Shown: positions 31,359 through 40,861 of the stretch, one piece after another | How the letters are laid out: every line of letters begins with the position of its first letter | How positions within the stretch are numbered: the stretch's first letter is position 1 | DNA from: Bacillota bacterium | GTDB lineage: Bacteria; Bacillota; JAAYKD01 | Length of the DNA stretch: 64,000 nt | Assembly: GCA_963666425.2 (NCBI GenBank) | Contig: OY762825.2 | Span: 1,664,001-1,728,000 of the forward strand | Direction: 5' to 3' | Translations under genes and position numbers: made by a program | Notes under the pieces: model-generated | What the model saw: the letters and a program-made list of their open reading frames with translations, nothing else | Told to the model about the DNA's origin: nothing | Databases searched by the model: none

Positions 31359-34274
31359 ATGATACGAATCGGGCTGGATGTAGGTTCCACTACGCTAAAA
31401 TGCGTGGTGCTTGAGGAACATGGTGAGATCGTGTATCAGTTATATGAACGGCATTTTTCACAAATCACAGAAAGAGCATCCATTATGTTAAGCGGTATTC
31501 TGCAGCAGTTTCCCTTGGAAATTGTGCAGGGCTTGGCTGTAACCGGTTCGGCAGGGATGGGTTTTGCGGAACAAATGGGGATTCCCTTCATGCAGGAAGT
31601 CTATGCCACCAGGGTCGCTGTGAAGAAGCTGCTGCCAAAAACTGATGTTGTGATTGAATTGGGCGGTGAGGACGCCAAAATCCTCTTTTTATCCGGTGCC
31701 ATGGAAGTTCGCATGAATGGTTCCTGTGCCGGCGGCACGGGTGCTTTTATTGACCAGATGGCCACTTTGCTGGCGATTACCCCGGATGAAATGAATGAAA
31801 TGGCCAAGGAGCAAAAAAAACTCTACAGTATCGCCTCTCGCTGCGGCGTGTTTGCCAAATCGGATATCCAGCCGCTGCTCAACCAGGGAGCGCAAAAATC
31901 GGATGTCTCTGCCAGCATTTTTGCGGCAGTCGTCAATCAAACCATTGCCGGTTTGGCGCAGGGACGTGAGATCAAAGGGAATATCGTCTATTTGGGTGGA
32001 CCGCTGACCTTTTTATCACAGCTGCGTTTTGCCTTCGATCGTTCTCTGGAACTGCAGGGAACCTGCCCGCAGAATTCACTCTACTTTGCAGCGCTCGGCG
32101 CCGCACTCTTGGCCGATGAAACGGTCTACGATCTGTCCGCATTGGTTGAGAAAATTAGAAATTTCACGTCCACCGGCAGTTATAAAAGCTGTCCGCCGCT
32201 TTTTGCCGAGCAGGCAGACTATCAGGCTTTTCGGGAACGGCACCAAATCGGCAAACCCTTTCCACTTTTTGAGCTTGGCGCCGATCGGGGCGCTTATCTT
32301 GGTATCGATGCCGGTTCAACCACGGTCAAGTGTGTTCTGCTGAATACACAGGATGAGGTCATCTTTACCAGTTACCGAGCCAACAGCGGCAATCCGATCC
32401 CGATTGTCAAGGAATTTTTAGAGCAAATTTATCAGAAGTTTCCCGAAATTCAGATCATCGGCGCCGCTTCCACCGGTTACGGCGAAGAAATCATCCAAAA
32501 GGCGTTTCATCTCGATCAGGGTGTGGTGGAGACGATAGCGCATTATCTGGCTGCCAAGCGTTTCGACCCGCTGGTGGATTTTATTATCGATATTGGCGGG
32601 CAGGATATCAAGTGCTTCAAGATAGAAAACGGCGCTATTGGCAATATCTTCTTAAATGAAGCCTGCTCTTCCGGCTGTGGTTCTTTTTTGCAGACTTTTG
32701 CCAGCGTTTTGGGTTATTCCATGTCTGATTTTGCTCAAAAGGGAATTTTTGCCGATCGCCCGGTCGATTTGGGTTCCCGCTGCACCGTATTTATGAATTC
32801 TTCGGTCAAACAGGCGCAAAAGGACGGCGCCGATATTGAGAATATTTCGGCCGGCTTGTCGATCAGTGTTGTCAAAAATGCCCTCTATAAGGTCATCCGC
32901 GCAGCCAGCACCGACGCTTTGGGTACGCATATCGTGGTACAAGGTGGTACTTTCCTCAACGACGCGGTGCTGCGCGCCTTTGAAATGGAAATCGGCCGCC
33001 AGGTAACCAGACCATTGATGTCCGGCTTGATGGGTGCTTTGGGCGCCGCACTCTATGCCAAAGAGCATCAAGCTGAAAAGAGCAGCATTTTAAGTGCGGT
33101 CCAGCTGCTGACGTTTAGTCATTCGGCGCAAGCCATCACCTGCAACGGCTGTTCTAACCACTGCCATCTGACGGTCAATACCTTTGATGACGGCAGACGT
33201 TTTATTGGTGGGAATCGCTGCGAAAAGCCGCTCGCCTTACCGGAAAATCAGAAAAAATACAATCTCTATGATGAAAAAAGACAATGGCTGCAGGTTTATC
33301 AACCCTGTTCTGGTCCGCGTGGCAGCATTGGTATTCCCATGGGCCTGAACATGTATGAGCTTTATTCCTTCTGGTATACCTTTTTTACCGTATTGGGTTT
33401 TGGCGTGAAAACCTCACCGCAGTCCAGCCCCCGGCTCTATCGCAGAGGGCAGCATACCATCCCTTCCGACACGGTTTGCTATCCGGCAAAACTGATGCAC
33501 GGACACGTGGAAGCGCTGGCGGAAGCGGGCGTCGATGCCATTTTTTACCCCTGCATGAGTTATCATTTTGATGAAGAGCTGGGAGATAATCACTATAACT
33601 GTCCGGTGGTGGCTTATTATCCGGAAGTCATCAGCGCCAACGTCAGCTTACCGGCAGGTATGAAACTGATTACAGATTATGTGGGTATTCATCGTCCGGC
33701 GGATTTTCCTAAAAAGATGCAGGCGATTTTACAGCGTGAATTTGGTCCGATCAATTTAGCGGAAGTGGAATACGCAGCCAAAATGGCTTATGAAGAATAT
33801 AGCGCTTACATGCGAAAAATTCGGGATAAAGGCAAAGAATTTTTACAAATTGCCGCCGAAGAAAATCTGCCGGTCATTGTGCTGGCCGGCCGGCCTTACC
33901 ATCTTGATCAGGAAGTCAATCACGGTATTGACAACTTAATCTGCAGCTTTGGGGCGGTGCTGGTCAGTGAGGATGCCGTTTCCGATCAGGTTGAGAAATT
34001 TCCCACGACGGTCTTGAATCAATGGACCTATCATGCCAGACTCTATGCTGCCGCTCGATTTGTAGCCAACAGTAAGAATCCCAAGATCAACTTAGTCCAG
34101 ATGGTTTCTTTCGGCTGCGGCGTGGACGCAATTACCACAGACGAAGTCCGAAAAATCCTGGAAACGGAAGATAAAATCTACACGCAGATCAAAATTGATG
34201 AAATAACCAACCTGGGTGCTGTTAAGGTGCGCTTACGCAGCCTGTTTGCCGCGGTTGGACAGGAAACGAGATGA
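31359..34274 (+). CDS. 2-hydroxyacyl-CoA dehydratase activator (two BadF/BcrAD ATPase domains plus DUF2229-type C-terminus)
   Basis: GLDVGSTTLK / GIDAGSTTVK, MNGSCAGGTG / LNEACSSGCG, SRCGVF / SRCTVF and LAGRPYHLD. Confidence 0.9.
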   Translation: MIRIGLDVGSTTLKCVVLEEHGEIVYQLYERHFSQITERASIMLSGILQQFPLEIVQGLAVTGSAGMGFAEQMGIPFMQEVYATRVAVKKLLPKTDVVIELGGEDAKILFLSGAMEVRMNGSCAGGTGAFIDQMATLLAITPDEMNEMAKEQKKLYSIASRCGVFAKSDIQPLLNQGAQKSDVSASIFAAVVNQTIAGLAQGREIKGNIVYLGGPLTFLSQLRFAFDRSLELQGTCPQNSLYFAALGAALLADETVYDLSALVEKIRNFTSTGSYKSCPPLFAEQADYQAFRERHQIGKPFPLFELGADRGAYLGIDAGSTTVKCVLLNTQDEVIFTSYRANSGNPIPIVKEFLEQIYQKFPEIQIIGAASTGYGEEIIQKAFHLDQGVVETIAHYLAAKRFDPLVDFIIDIGGQDIKCFKIENGAIGNIFLNEACSSGCGSFLQTFASVLGYSMSDFAQKGIFADRPVDLGSRCTVFMNSSVKQAQKDGADIENISAGLSISVVKNALYKVIRAASTDALGTHIVVQGGTFLNDAVLRAFEMEIGRQVTRPLMSGLMGALGAALYAKEHQAEKSSILSAVQLLTFSHSAQAITCNGCSNHCHLTVNTFDDGRRFIGGNRCEKPLALPENQKKYNLYDEKRQWLQVYQPCSGPRGSIGIPMGLNMYELYSFWYTFFTVLGFGVKTSPQSSPRLYRRGQHTIPSDTVCYPAKLMHGHVEALAEAGVDAIFYPCMSYHFDEELGDNHYNCPVVAYYPEVISANVSLPAGMKLITDYVGIHRPADFPKKMQAILQREFGPINLAEVEYAAKMAYEEYSAYMRKIRDKGKEFLQIAAEENLPVIVLAGRPYHLDQEVNHGIDNLICSFGAVLVSEDAVSDQVEKFPTTVLNQWTYHARLYAAARFVANSKNPKINLVQMVSFGCGVDAITTDEVRKILETEDKIYTQIKIDEITNLGAVKVRLRSLFAAVGQETR

Positions 34275-34280
34275 TACAAG

Positions 34281-35525
34281 ATGGCGGATGAGCAAAATCG
34301 TATTGAATTTACCAAAGAAATGAAGAAGACCTATAAGATCCTTTTTCCGGATATGGCAGATATCCACTTCCGCATCTTGCGCAATGTCTTCGTCAGTTAC
34401 GGTTACGATATTGAACTGCTGACCAACACCGACAGCCGCGTGATTGACGAAGGCTTGAAATATATCCATAACGATGCCTGTTACCCGGCGCTCTTAACCA
34501 CGGGTCAGATGATCAGCGCCTTGAAAAGCGGGAAATACGATCTGAACAAGACGGCATTGATGATGTCGCAGACCGGTGGTGGCTGCCGCGCCTCCAATTA
34601 CATCCATCTGCTGCGCAAGGCATTAATCAATGCCGGGATGGGACAGGTGCCGGTGATTTCGGTGAATTTATCGGGTCTGGAAGAAAACAGCGGTTTTAAA
34701 ATCACGCTGCCAATGCTGCGCAAATCCTTGGCTGCGCTTACTTACGGTGACTTGCTGATGCTGCTCAGCAATCAGACCAGACCATATGAAACCGAACCGG
34801 GCTTGAGCGACCAGACGGTAGAGCATTGGGTCAGCTTTGTTTCCGAGCTGTTTGAAAAAGGCAAAGCCACGAGCACGAAGGAAATAAAAACCTACTGCAG
34901 TGAAATGGTTCATGCTTTTGCCGCGATTCAGCAGCGCGTGGTCAAGAAGGTCAAAGTCGGCATCGTGGGTGAGATCTATGTCAAATACTCCGCCTTGGCC
35001 AACAACAACCTGGAAAAATTACTGGCTGAGCAAGGCTGTGAAGTAATGGTGCCCGGTCTGCTGCAGTTCATGCTGTTTAAGGTGGATAACCGGATTGAGG
35101 ATATCAAACTCTATGGCGGCAGCCGGATAAAAAAATCGATTGTCGGATTACTCTATCAATTCCTCAGACAATTCGAAACTTATTTGATTCAGGCGGTGCA
35201 GCAGAGCCGCTTTACCGTACCTGCCAGTTATGAGCACCTCAAACAACTGGCAGCGCCTCTGATCGGCACCGGCTGCAAAATGGGTGAGGGCTGGCTCTTG
35301 ACCAGCGAGATGCTGGAACTGATCGAAAAAGGTTATGAGAATATCGTCTGTGCACAGCCGTTTGGCTGTCTGCCCAATCATATTGTGGGCAAGGGGATGA
35401 TCCGCCAGATCCGGACGCTCTACCCGCAGGCCAACATCGTGCCGATTGATTACGATGCCGGCGCTACCAAGGTTAACCAAGAGAACCGAATCAAACTGAT
35501 GCTGGCGGTAGCCAGGGAGCAGTAG
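34281..35525 (+). CDS. 2-hydroxyacyl-CoA dehydratase-related subunit
   Basis: NDACYP, QTGGGCRASNY, VGIVGEIYVK, GEGWLL and QPFGCLPNHIVGKG; 6 bp downstream of the activator. Confidence 0.85.
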   Translation: MADEQNRIEFTKEMKKTYKILFPDMADIHFRILRNVFVSYGYDIELLTNTDSRVIDEGLKYIHNDACYPALLTTGQMISALKSGKYDLNKTALMMSQTGGGCRASNYIHLLRKALINAGMGQVPVISVNLSGLEENSGFKITLPMLRKSLAALTYGDLLMLLSNQTRPYETEPGLSDQTVEHWVSFVSELFEKGKATSTKEIKTYCSEMVHAFAAIQQRVVKKVKVGIVGEIYVKYSALANNNLEKLLAEQGCEVMVPGLLQFMLFKVDNRIEDIKLYGGSRIKKSIVGLLYQFLRQFETYLIQAVQQSRFTVPASYEHLKQLAAPLIGTGCKMGEGWLLTSEMLELIEKGYENIVCAQPFGCLPNHIVGKGMIRQIRTLYPQANIVPIDYDAGATKVNQENRIKLMLAVAREQ

Positions 35526-35641
35526 GAGTAGGGGGAGAAGGTTGCAGAATAGGAGTAGACGGAGATGACGAAGTTGAGTTAAGATTGATCTCATTTCACA
35601 GCGATTTTTAACAGGAACCGAACCAACGTAGATGAATATAT

Positions 35642-35685
35642 GCTCATAAAGCACGGTGAAATACCAAACTTTATGAGCTTTTTTT
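35642..35685 (+). terminator. Intrinsic terminator after the dehydratase operon
   Basis: GCTCATAAAG/CTTTATGAGC stem followed by T7. Confidence 0.7.
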
Positions 35686-35716
35686 ATCATCCGAAGCATA
35701 ACTGTTTTCTTTGTTT

Positions 35717-35892
35717 GGAAAAATGTGCGAATACTTAGTTGAAAAAGCCGGAAAAATGTGCGAATACTTAGTTGAAAAAGCCGGAAAAATGTGCGAATAC
35801 TTAGTTGAAAAAGCCGGAAAAATGTGCGAATACTTAGTTGAAAAAGCCGGAAAAATGTGCTAATATTTAGTTGAAAAAGCCGGAAAAATGTG
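35717..35892 (+). repeat. 33-bp tandem repeat, 5 full copies plus an 11-bp partial copy
   Basis: Unit GGAAAAATGTGCGAATACTTAGTTGAAAAAGCC at 35717, 35750, 35783 and 35816; variant GGAAAAATGTGCTAATATTTAGTTGAAAAAGCC at 35849; partial at 35882. No spacers. Confidence 0.97.
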
Positions 35893-35899
35893 TTATGCT
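35871..35899 (+). promoter_or_regulatory. Probable promoter of the AAA ATPase, built from the last repeat unit
   Basis: TTGAAA (35871)-17 bp-TATGCT (35894) with TG-n extension. Confidence 0.6.
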
Positions 35900-35931
35900 G
35901 TTGCTGTCCAAAGAAAGGGTGGTGCTTTTTT

Positions 35932-37224
35932 GTGAAACGCAATGCGATTCAGGCTCTCAAGTTATGGAAAGCCAGTAAAGATCGGAAACCAATGGTGTTG
36001 AAAGGCGCACGGCAGGTCGGCAAAACCTGGCTGATGAAGGAATTTGGAAAGAACTATTATGAAAATTACGCCTACTTTAATTTTGACGAGGAAGATGAAT
36101 TGAAATCCATCTTCGAAATGAATAAAAACCCGCAGCGGATCATTGAACTACTCTCCCTCATTGCTGGGTTAAAGATTTTACCCGGCAAGACACTCGTTCT
36201 TTTTGATGAAATCCAGGAATGCCCAGACGCCTTGAATGCACTCAAATACTTTAAAGAGAATGCTAATGAATATCATGTGATCGCGGCTGGAAGTCTACTC
36301 GGAACCTTGCTCTCACAGCCAAAGTCTTATCCGGTCGGTATGGTCAATCTTTTGAATGTCTATCCCCTCACCTTTGATGAGTATTTGGTAGCCTGCGATG
36401 AGTCTTTATTTAGCTATTATGGAAGTATCCAAAAGGAGCTGCAAATTGAAGAGATTTTCCATCATCGGTTATTGGAGGCATATCAAAACTATCTCATCAT
36501 CGGCGGTATGCCGGAATGTGTTGCCTCATGGATCAAATACAAGGATCCTCAGAAAATTTCACGGATACAGCAGGAACTGATTGAAGTTTACGAGAATGAT
36601 TTTTCCAAACACAATGGGCAGGTCAACAGCGTCCGCATTCTGATGGTTTTTCGCAGCATTGCCACGCAACTGGCTAAAACAAATGAGAAATTTATGTATG
36701 GTGCCGTTCGAGATGGCGGCAGAGCAAGAGATTTTGAGGAAGCGATCGAGTGGCTGGTTTCAGCCGGAATGTTGAACCGACTCTACAATGTTGCAAAAAC
36801 CGAGCACCCACTTTCGGCTTTTGACAGACTCGATTGCTTCAAATTGTTTGTCTTCGATACCGGACTTCTCAAGCACATGGCTGGTATTGATAACAGCGCA
36901 ATTTTGCTTAAGTCTAACTATCAGTTCAAAGGTCAGCTGACGGAGAACTATGTTTTACAGCAGCTTCGCGGTCAGTTTGAAGTTGAGCCGAGATACTACT
37001 CAGATAAAACAGGCGAGATCGATTTCGTGCTGCAAAACGGAACAGAAATTATCCCGGTGGAAGTAAAAAGCGGTGAAGATAAAACCGCTCCTTCATTTAA
37101 GCGCTATATTGCCGAATACCAACCCAAGTGCGCCATACGCTTTTCTAAGCGTGGTTATTTAAAAAACGGTATGATTACAAATATTCCGCTTTATCTCGTC
37201 AATAAAACAAAAGAACTTATCTGA
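35932..37224 (+). CDS. AAA_14/DUF4143-type ATPase with C-terminal PD-(D/E)xK-like motif
   Basis: GARQVGKT, LFDEIQ, AAGSLLG, IGGMPE, FDTGLL and EIDFV...IPVEVKSG; GTG 35932 behind AAAGGGTGGTG. Confidence 0.9.
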   Translation: MKRNAIQALKLWKASKDRKPMVLKGARQVGKTWLMKEFGKNYYENYAYFNFDEEDELKSIFEMNKNPQRIIELLSLIAGLKILPGKTLVLFDEIQECPDALNALKYFKENANEYHVIAAGSLLGTLLSQPKSYPVGMVNLLNVYPLTFDEYLVACDESLFSYYGSIQKELQIEEIFHHRLLEAYQNYLIIGGMPECVASWIKYKDPQKISRIQQELIEVYENDFSKHNGQVNSVRILMVFRSIATQLAKTNEKFMYGAVRDGGRARDFEEAIEWLVSAGMLNRLYNVAKTEHPLSAFDRLDCFKLFVFDTGLLKHMAGIDNSAILLKSNYQFKGQLTENYVLQQLRGQFEVEPRYYSDKTGEIDFVLQNGTEIIPVEVKSGEDKTAPSFKRYIAEYQPKCAIRFSKRGYLKNGMITNIPLYLVNKTKELI

Positions 37225-37327
37225 CAGAGTCAAAGCTGGAATAAAATAGAATCTGTTACAGTTCCTATTTCGTGTTCTAGTATATATTCCTAGCTTTTCT
37301 CGTGCTTAGAATCTCATTGATAGCAGC

Positions 37328-37696
37328 GTGAAAAAATGCAATATGCAATCACTTTTGGCAGAAGATAATGCATTTTTACCCATCATAAAAAAGGCAGAGT
37401 TGTTTTGCGGTGTCAGCATCCAATCGGGAGGATACGGAATCAGCTGGGGCGAAAATCTGAGTATTGCTGATCACATTTTGTATGACTGCGGTGTAGACGT
37501 GCCGTTGTCTTTGGATGATTTCCGGCAATTTGTAGCAAATCGCGTTGTCAATACTGCCGAAGCCGCCAAATTGCTGCAATGCTCCCGACAAAACATCAAC
37601 GATCTGATCCGACGCGGCAAGCTCCAGCCGCTGAAGGCTATGGCAAAGAACAAACTATTTTTGATGAGTGAAATCATGCAGCGAAATTGGAAATAG
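37328..37696 (+). pseudogene. Probably 5'-truncated DUF2442-like plus HTH_17 (excisionase-like HTH) protein
   Basis: GGYGISWGENLSI followed by VNTAEAAKLLQCSRQNINDLIRRGKL; begins mid-domain, with no RBS before the GTG. Confidence 0.55.
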
Positions 37697-37724
37697 CGAG
37701 ACAGTTGAAAGTGAGGTTTTACCA

Positions 37725-38531
37725 ATGCAAGACAAACTGCTGGCAACCACAAGAGGATCGGTAGCCTATTGGATTAACCGCCATGAGAATCCCAAGGCGA
37801 AGTGTCTTGTTTTTACGCACGGGCTGACGGCTGACCACTCCATGTTCGAAAAACAGCTTGCCTATTTTGAATTGTCGTATACGGTTATTACCTGGGATGT
37901 TCCCCTGCATGGACAATCCCGCCCTTATACGAATTTTTCTTACGAAAACTGTGCGGAGGATTTGTTGGGGATTTTGAAGCAGGAAGCAATCTCCAAGGTC
38001 ATCTTGGTTGGGATGTCAATGGGGGGTTATCCCAGCCAGGAATTTGCTTTCCATTATCCTGAAATGGTGGAAGGCTTTGTCGCTCTGGATACCACGCCTT
38101 TTGGCATTGGTTATTATTCAAAATCCGATCTCTGGTGGCTCAGACAGGTAGCTCCCCTGGCAAGGCTCTTCCCCGAAAGTGTTTTACGGAATAGTATGGC
38201 GAAATCGGTTGCCAAGACAAAATACGCCTATGATAAGATGGTGGAAATGCTCAAACCCTTAACCAAAACACAAATTATCGAGCAAATGGATATTGCCTAT
38301 GGGGTTTTCACCAAGGAAAATAAGAATGTCAATTTCCTGTTCCCGGTGTTGATTTTATTGGGCGAATTTGATACGACCGGAAAAGTCAAACAATATTGTC
38401 AGGAATGGTCCAAAAAAACAGGTTACCCGCTGCACATCATCAAGAATGCCGCACATTTTTCCAATGGCGACAATCCGGAGCAGGTCAATGCTGAAATACA
38501 AGGATTTATTAAAACATCACTCGGTGACTGA
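37725..38531 (+). CDS. Alpha/beta fold hydrolase
   Basis: FTHGL, WDVPLHG, GMSMG nucleophile elbow, GEFD and AAHFSN; ATG 37725 behind GAGG. Confidence 0.9.
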   Translation: MQDKLLATTRGSVAYWINRHENPKAKCLVFTHGLTADHSMFEKQLAYFELSYTVITWDVPLHGQSRPYTNFSYENCAEDLLGILKQEAISKVILVGMSMGGYPSQEFAFHYPEMVEGFVALDTTPFGIGYYSKSDLWWLRQVAPLARLFPESVLRNSMAKSVAKTKYAYDKMVEMLKPLTKTQIIEQMDIAYGVFTKENKNVNFLFPVLILLGEFDTTGKVKQYCQEWSKKTGYPLHIIKNAAHFSNGDNPEQVNAEIQGFIKTSLGD

Positions 38532-38625
38532 GGTGGCAAAGAAGCAAAAGCGGTGAAGGCAGCTCTGCGCGGTTTGAAAGCGCGCAATAGGAATTTTTAG
38601 TGCAAGAAAAAGAGGAGTGGATTGG

Positions 38626-39120
38626 ATGAAAACCCTGAATCAACAGATAGCCGATTATACCGAATTGCTGCGACAGGGAGAATTGCAGATTGCGTATCGC
38701 AGCATCCTCAATTACATGGGCAAATTGCGCAGTGATTTTGCTGCGCTGCACCCGGAATATGAGATCAGCGGCAGCATCTATCAGGGCTATCTGGACATGA
38801 CTTATTTTTCGGTAATACCTGCCGCTCTGAAAGCGAAAGGGCTGAAAATTGCGGTTGTTTATCTGCACGAGAAGGGTTCTTTTGAAGTGTGGCTTTCCGC
38901 CAGGAACAGAGCGACGCTCAGAAAATACAAGCCAACAGGCGACAGCAAGCTTTGGCACGGGTTCTCTGTTTTCCATGATCCGGAGAATGGAGATGCCGCC
39001 TTCGAATCTACGCTGACGTCTGAGCCGGATTTTGATGAGCAGAATTCACTGACGCAGCTCATCGTGAGCGGGACGGAAAAATTCATCTCTGCTGTCACAA
39101 CGAACCTTTTGATGGAATGA
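38626..39120 (+). CDS. Conserved hypothetical protein (resembles DUF7000 family)
   Basis: GELQIAYRSIL...GSIYQGYLDMTYFS...FEVWLSARN; GAGGAG RBS. Family label from memory, not from a search. Confidence 0.6.
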   Translation: MKTLNQQIADYTELLRQGELQIAYRSILNYMGKLRSDFAALHPEYEISGSIYQGYLDMTYFSVIPAALKAKGLKIAVVYLHEKGSFEVWLSARNRATLRKYKPTGDSKLWHGFSVFHDPENGDAAFESTLTSEPDFDEQNSLTQLIVSGTEKFISAVTTNLLME

Positions 39121-39145
39121 GGCTTGCCGAGAGATTGACAAACGC

Positions 39146-39197
39146 AAAAAAACAGCATCATAAATCGACAGCCAAGCCACTGCCGATTTATGATGCT
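39146..39197 (-). terminator. Terminator between convergent genes
   Basis: AGCATCATAAATCG/CGATTTATGATGCT stem with an A7 tract on the left. Confidence 0.7.
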
Positions 39198-39212
39198 ATA
39201 GTATGGAGAATT

Positions 39213-40049
39213 TTACTGGTTGATTGAAATTGTCTTTACTGTAAATCCATGGTATCCTTCGTCAAAGATTTTCTTTAATGCTGTATTGCCTCCGGTTTCC
39301 CATTGTTCGGCGAGATAGAGCATACCGCTCATACAAGCGTATTTTTCATAATACTGACCGCAAAACGCCTCGTATAAATACTTTTGCTGAATTTCCGGAG
39401 TTGATTCGGCAAGAGCTGCACTCATTTTATGATTACTTCGTTCTTTTATTTTTTCCAAGTCAGTCGTATGCCAATCAATTGTATGGATTTCTTTGGCTTT
39501 ATAAGATACCAAATGTGCAAATGCTTCATGAAACGTATTTGCATCGAAACGCGTAAGATAATTTTTGCTTTCAGTGTCATCATCGATATTCGGAACAGAA
39601 CATCCTATCAAAATATGGCATAGTTCATGGGTTAGAAGATTTTGCACGATTTCCGTAATGTCACGCTGCCCAACGTATTGTGCCCAGCACAGCATGTCAA
39701 AAATGACATGTTGTTTTCCGGTGGCATCTCGTTCTACAATCGCATCGTACGGTTGCGGCAAGCCGACAATCAAATCGACTGTTACATCAGCCAGAATTGC
39801 AGGCCAGCTGGGAAACAACGTATTCCAAATAAGTAGATTCGATGGTATAAATTCGGCTGCTGTTTTTTCGATTGCTTTACAAGCAATTTCCACTTTTCTT
39901 GTATGATCTTTGTCATAAATAGGTTCTTGGAAAATATTGCTTCCTTGGCTTCTGGCAATCGATGAATTCGAGAAATACCACTCTTGAGAATAATCACTTA
40001 CTTTTCCACCGGATAAATAGGCGCTGACTATTTTGTTGTTTATTCTCAT
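39213..40049 (-). CDS. Putative zinc-dependent protease (HExxH)
   Basis: LTHELCH motif with a downstream FHEAFAH third-ligand segment; visibly AT-richer than the core genes. Confidence 0.55.
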   Translation of the reverse strand: MRINNKIVSAYLSGGKVSDYSQEWYFSNSSIARSQGSNIFQEPIYDKDHTRKVEIACKAIEKTAAEFIPSNLLIWNTLFPSWPAILADVTVDLIVGLPQPYDAIVERDATGKQHVIFDMLCWAQYVGQRDITEIVQNLLTHELCHILIGCSVPNIDDDTESKNYLTRFDANTFHEAFAHLVSYKAKEIHTIDWHTTDLEKIKERSNHKMSAALAESTPEIQQKYLYEAFCGQYYEKYACMSGMLYLAEQWETGGNTALKKIFDEGYHGFTVKTISINQ

Positions 40050-40310
40050 CGATAGACTACCTCCACTAAAATTGAAATAATCATATCACATTACCAGCCT
40101 GCATTCAATAAAGATGTTATAAATCGTTGCTAATAGTTAATTTTTACCCTTATGCTGAATTCATTGCCGAAACAGAAAAAGTACATTGCATATTTGTGAG
40201 TAATATTACAAATATCTGCCGCATTTTTTCTGTTGCAGCGAATGGTCTGCAGATTTGACAATCAGACTGGTGAATCATTACAGAGGCGCATCAATAAGGA
40301 GAAACACGAA

Positions 40311-40790
40311 ATGTCTAAACTCGAAATTACCAACATGGTGATGGTCCAAGACAAACTAAGCGGCCAGGTTATCGTTCAGGAGAGAATCAAAAACTGGTGC
40401 GGCTGTGCTTTTCCCGGCGGTCACGTCGAAAACGGAGAAAGTATTTACGACAGCGCTGTGCGTGAAATCAAAGAAGAAACCGGGCTAACTATCCAAAACC
40501 TCAAATCTTGTGGTTTGATCTACTGGTTCAATAATAAAACCGAGGATCGCTATTTTGTTCATTTATATCGTACGACCGATTATACCGGTGAACTGATCGA
40601 GAGGAGCGAGGAAGGCAGCGTATTCTGGATGAGTCTTGACGAACTTGTTGCAAGGAAGCTTGCTCCCAATTTCAAAGAGTATCTGCCGATTTTTCTGGAA
40701 AACAAGTTTTCGGAAGCGTATTGCTCCTGGAATGACGATATGCAGGCTGATCTGACAAAGGATAATCCCTGGGGGATCATCTACAGGTAG
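40311..40790 (+). CDS. Nudix hydrolase (MutT/MutX-like)
   Basis: Complete Nudix box GGHVENGESIYDSAVREIKEETG; ATG 40311 behind AAGGAG. Confidence 0.92.
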   Translation: MSKLEITNMVMVQDKLSGQVIVQERIKNWCGCAFPGGHVENGESIYDSAVREIKEETGLTIQNLKSCGLIYWFNNKTEDRYFVHLYRTTDYTGELIERSEEGSVFWMSLDELVARKLAPNFKEYLPIFLENKFSEAYCSWNDDMQADLTKDNPWGIIYR

Positions 40791-40861
40791 GAGCAGTAAA
40801 CAAGGTAAATTTTACCAAAAAACGTGCAGCATTTTAGATTGATGGAGGATGAGAACGAGAC

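Noticed and set aside
35717-35892. CRISPR array
   Set aside because: The 33-bp units are contiguous with no unique spacers, and no cas genes are in the window.
35148-35942. 264-aa minus-strand ORF with RTFFRLFQLSI repeats
   Set aside because: By-product of a 33-bp (11-codon) repeat without stops in that frame; it overlaps real genes on the opposite strand.
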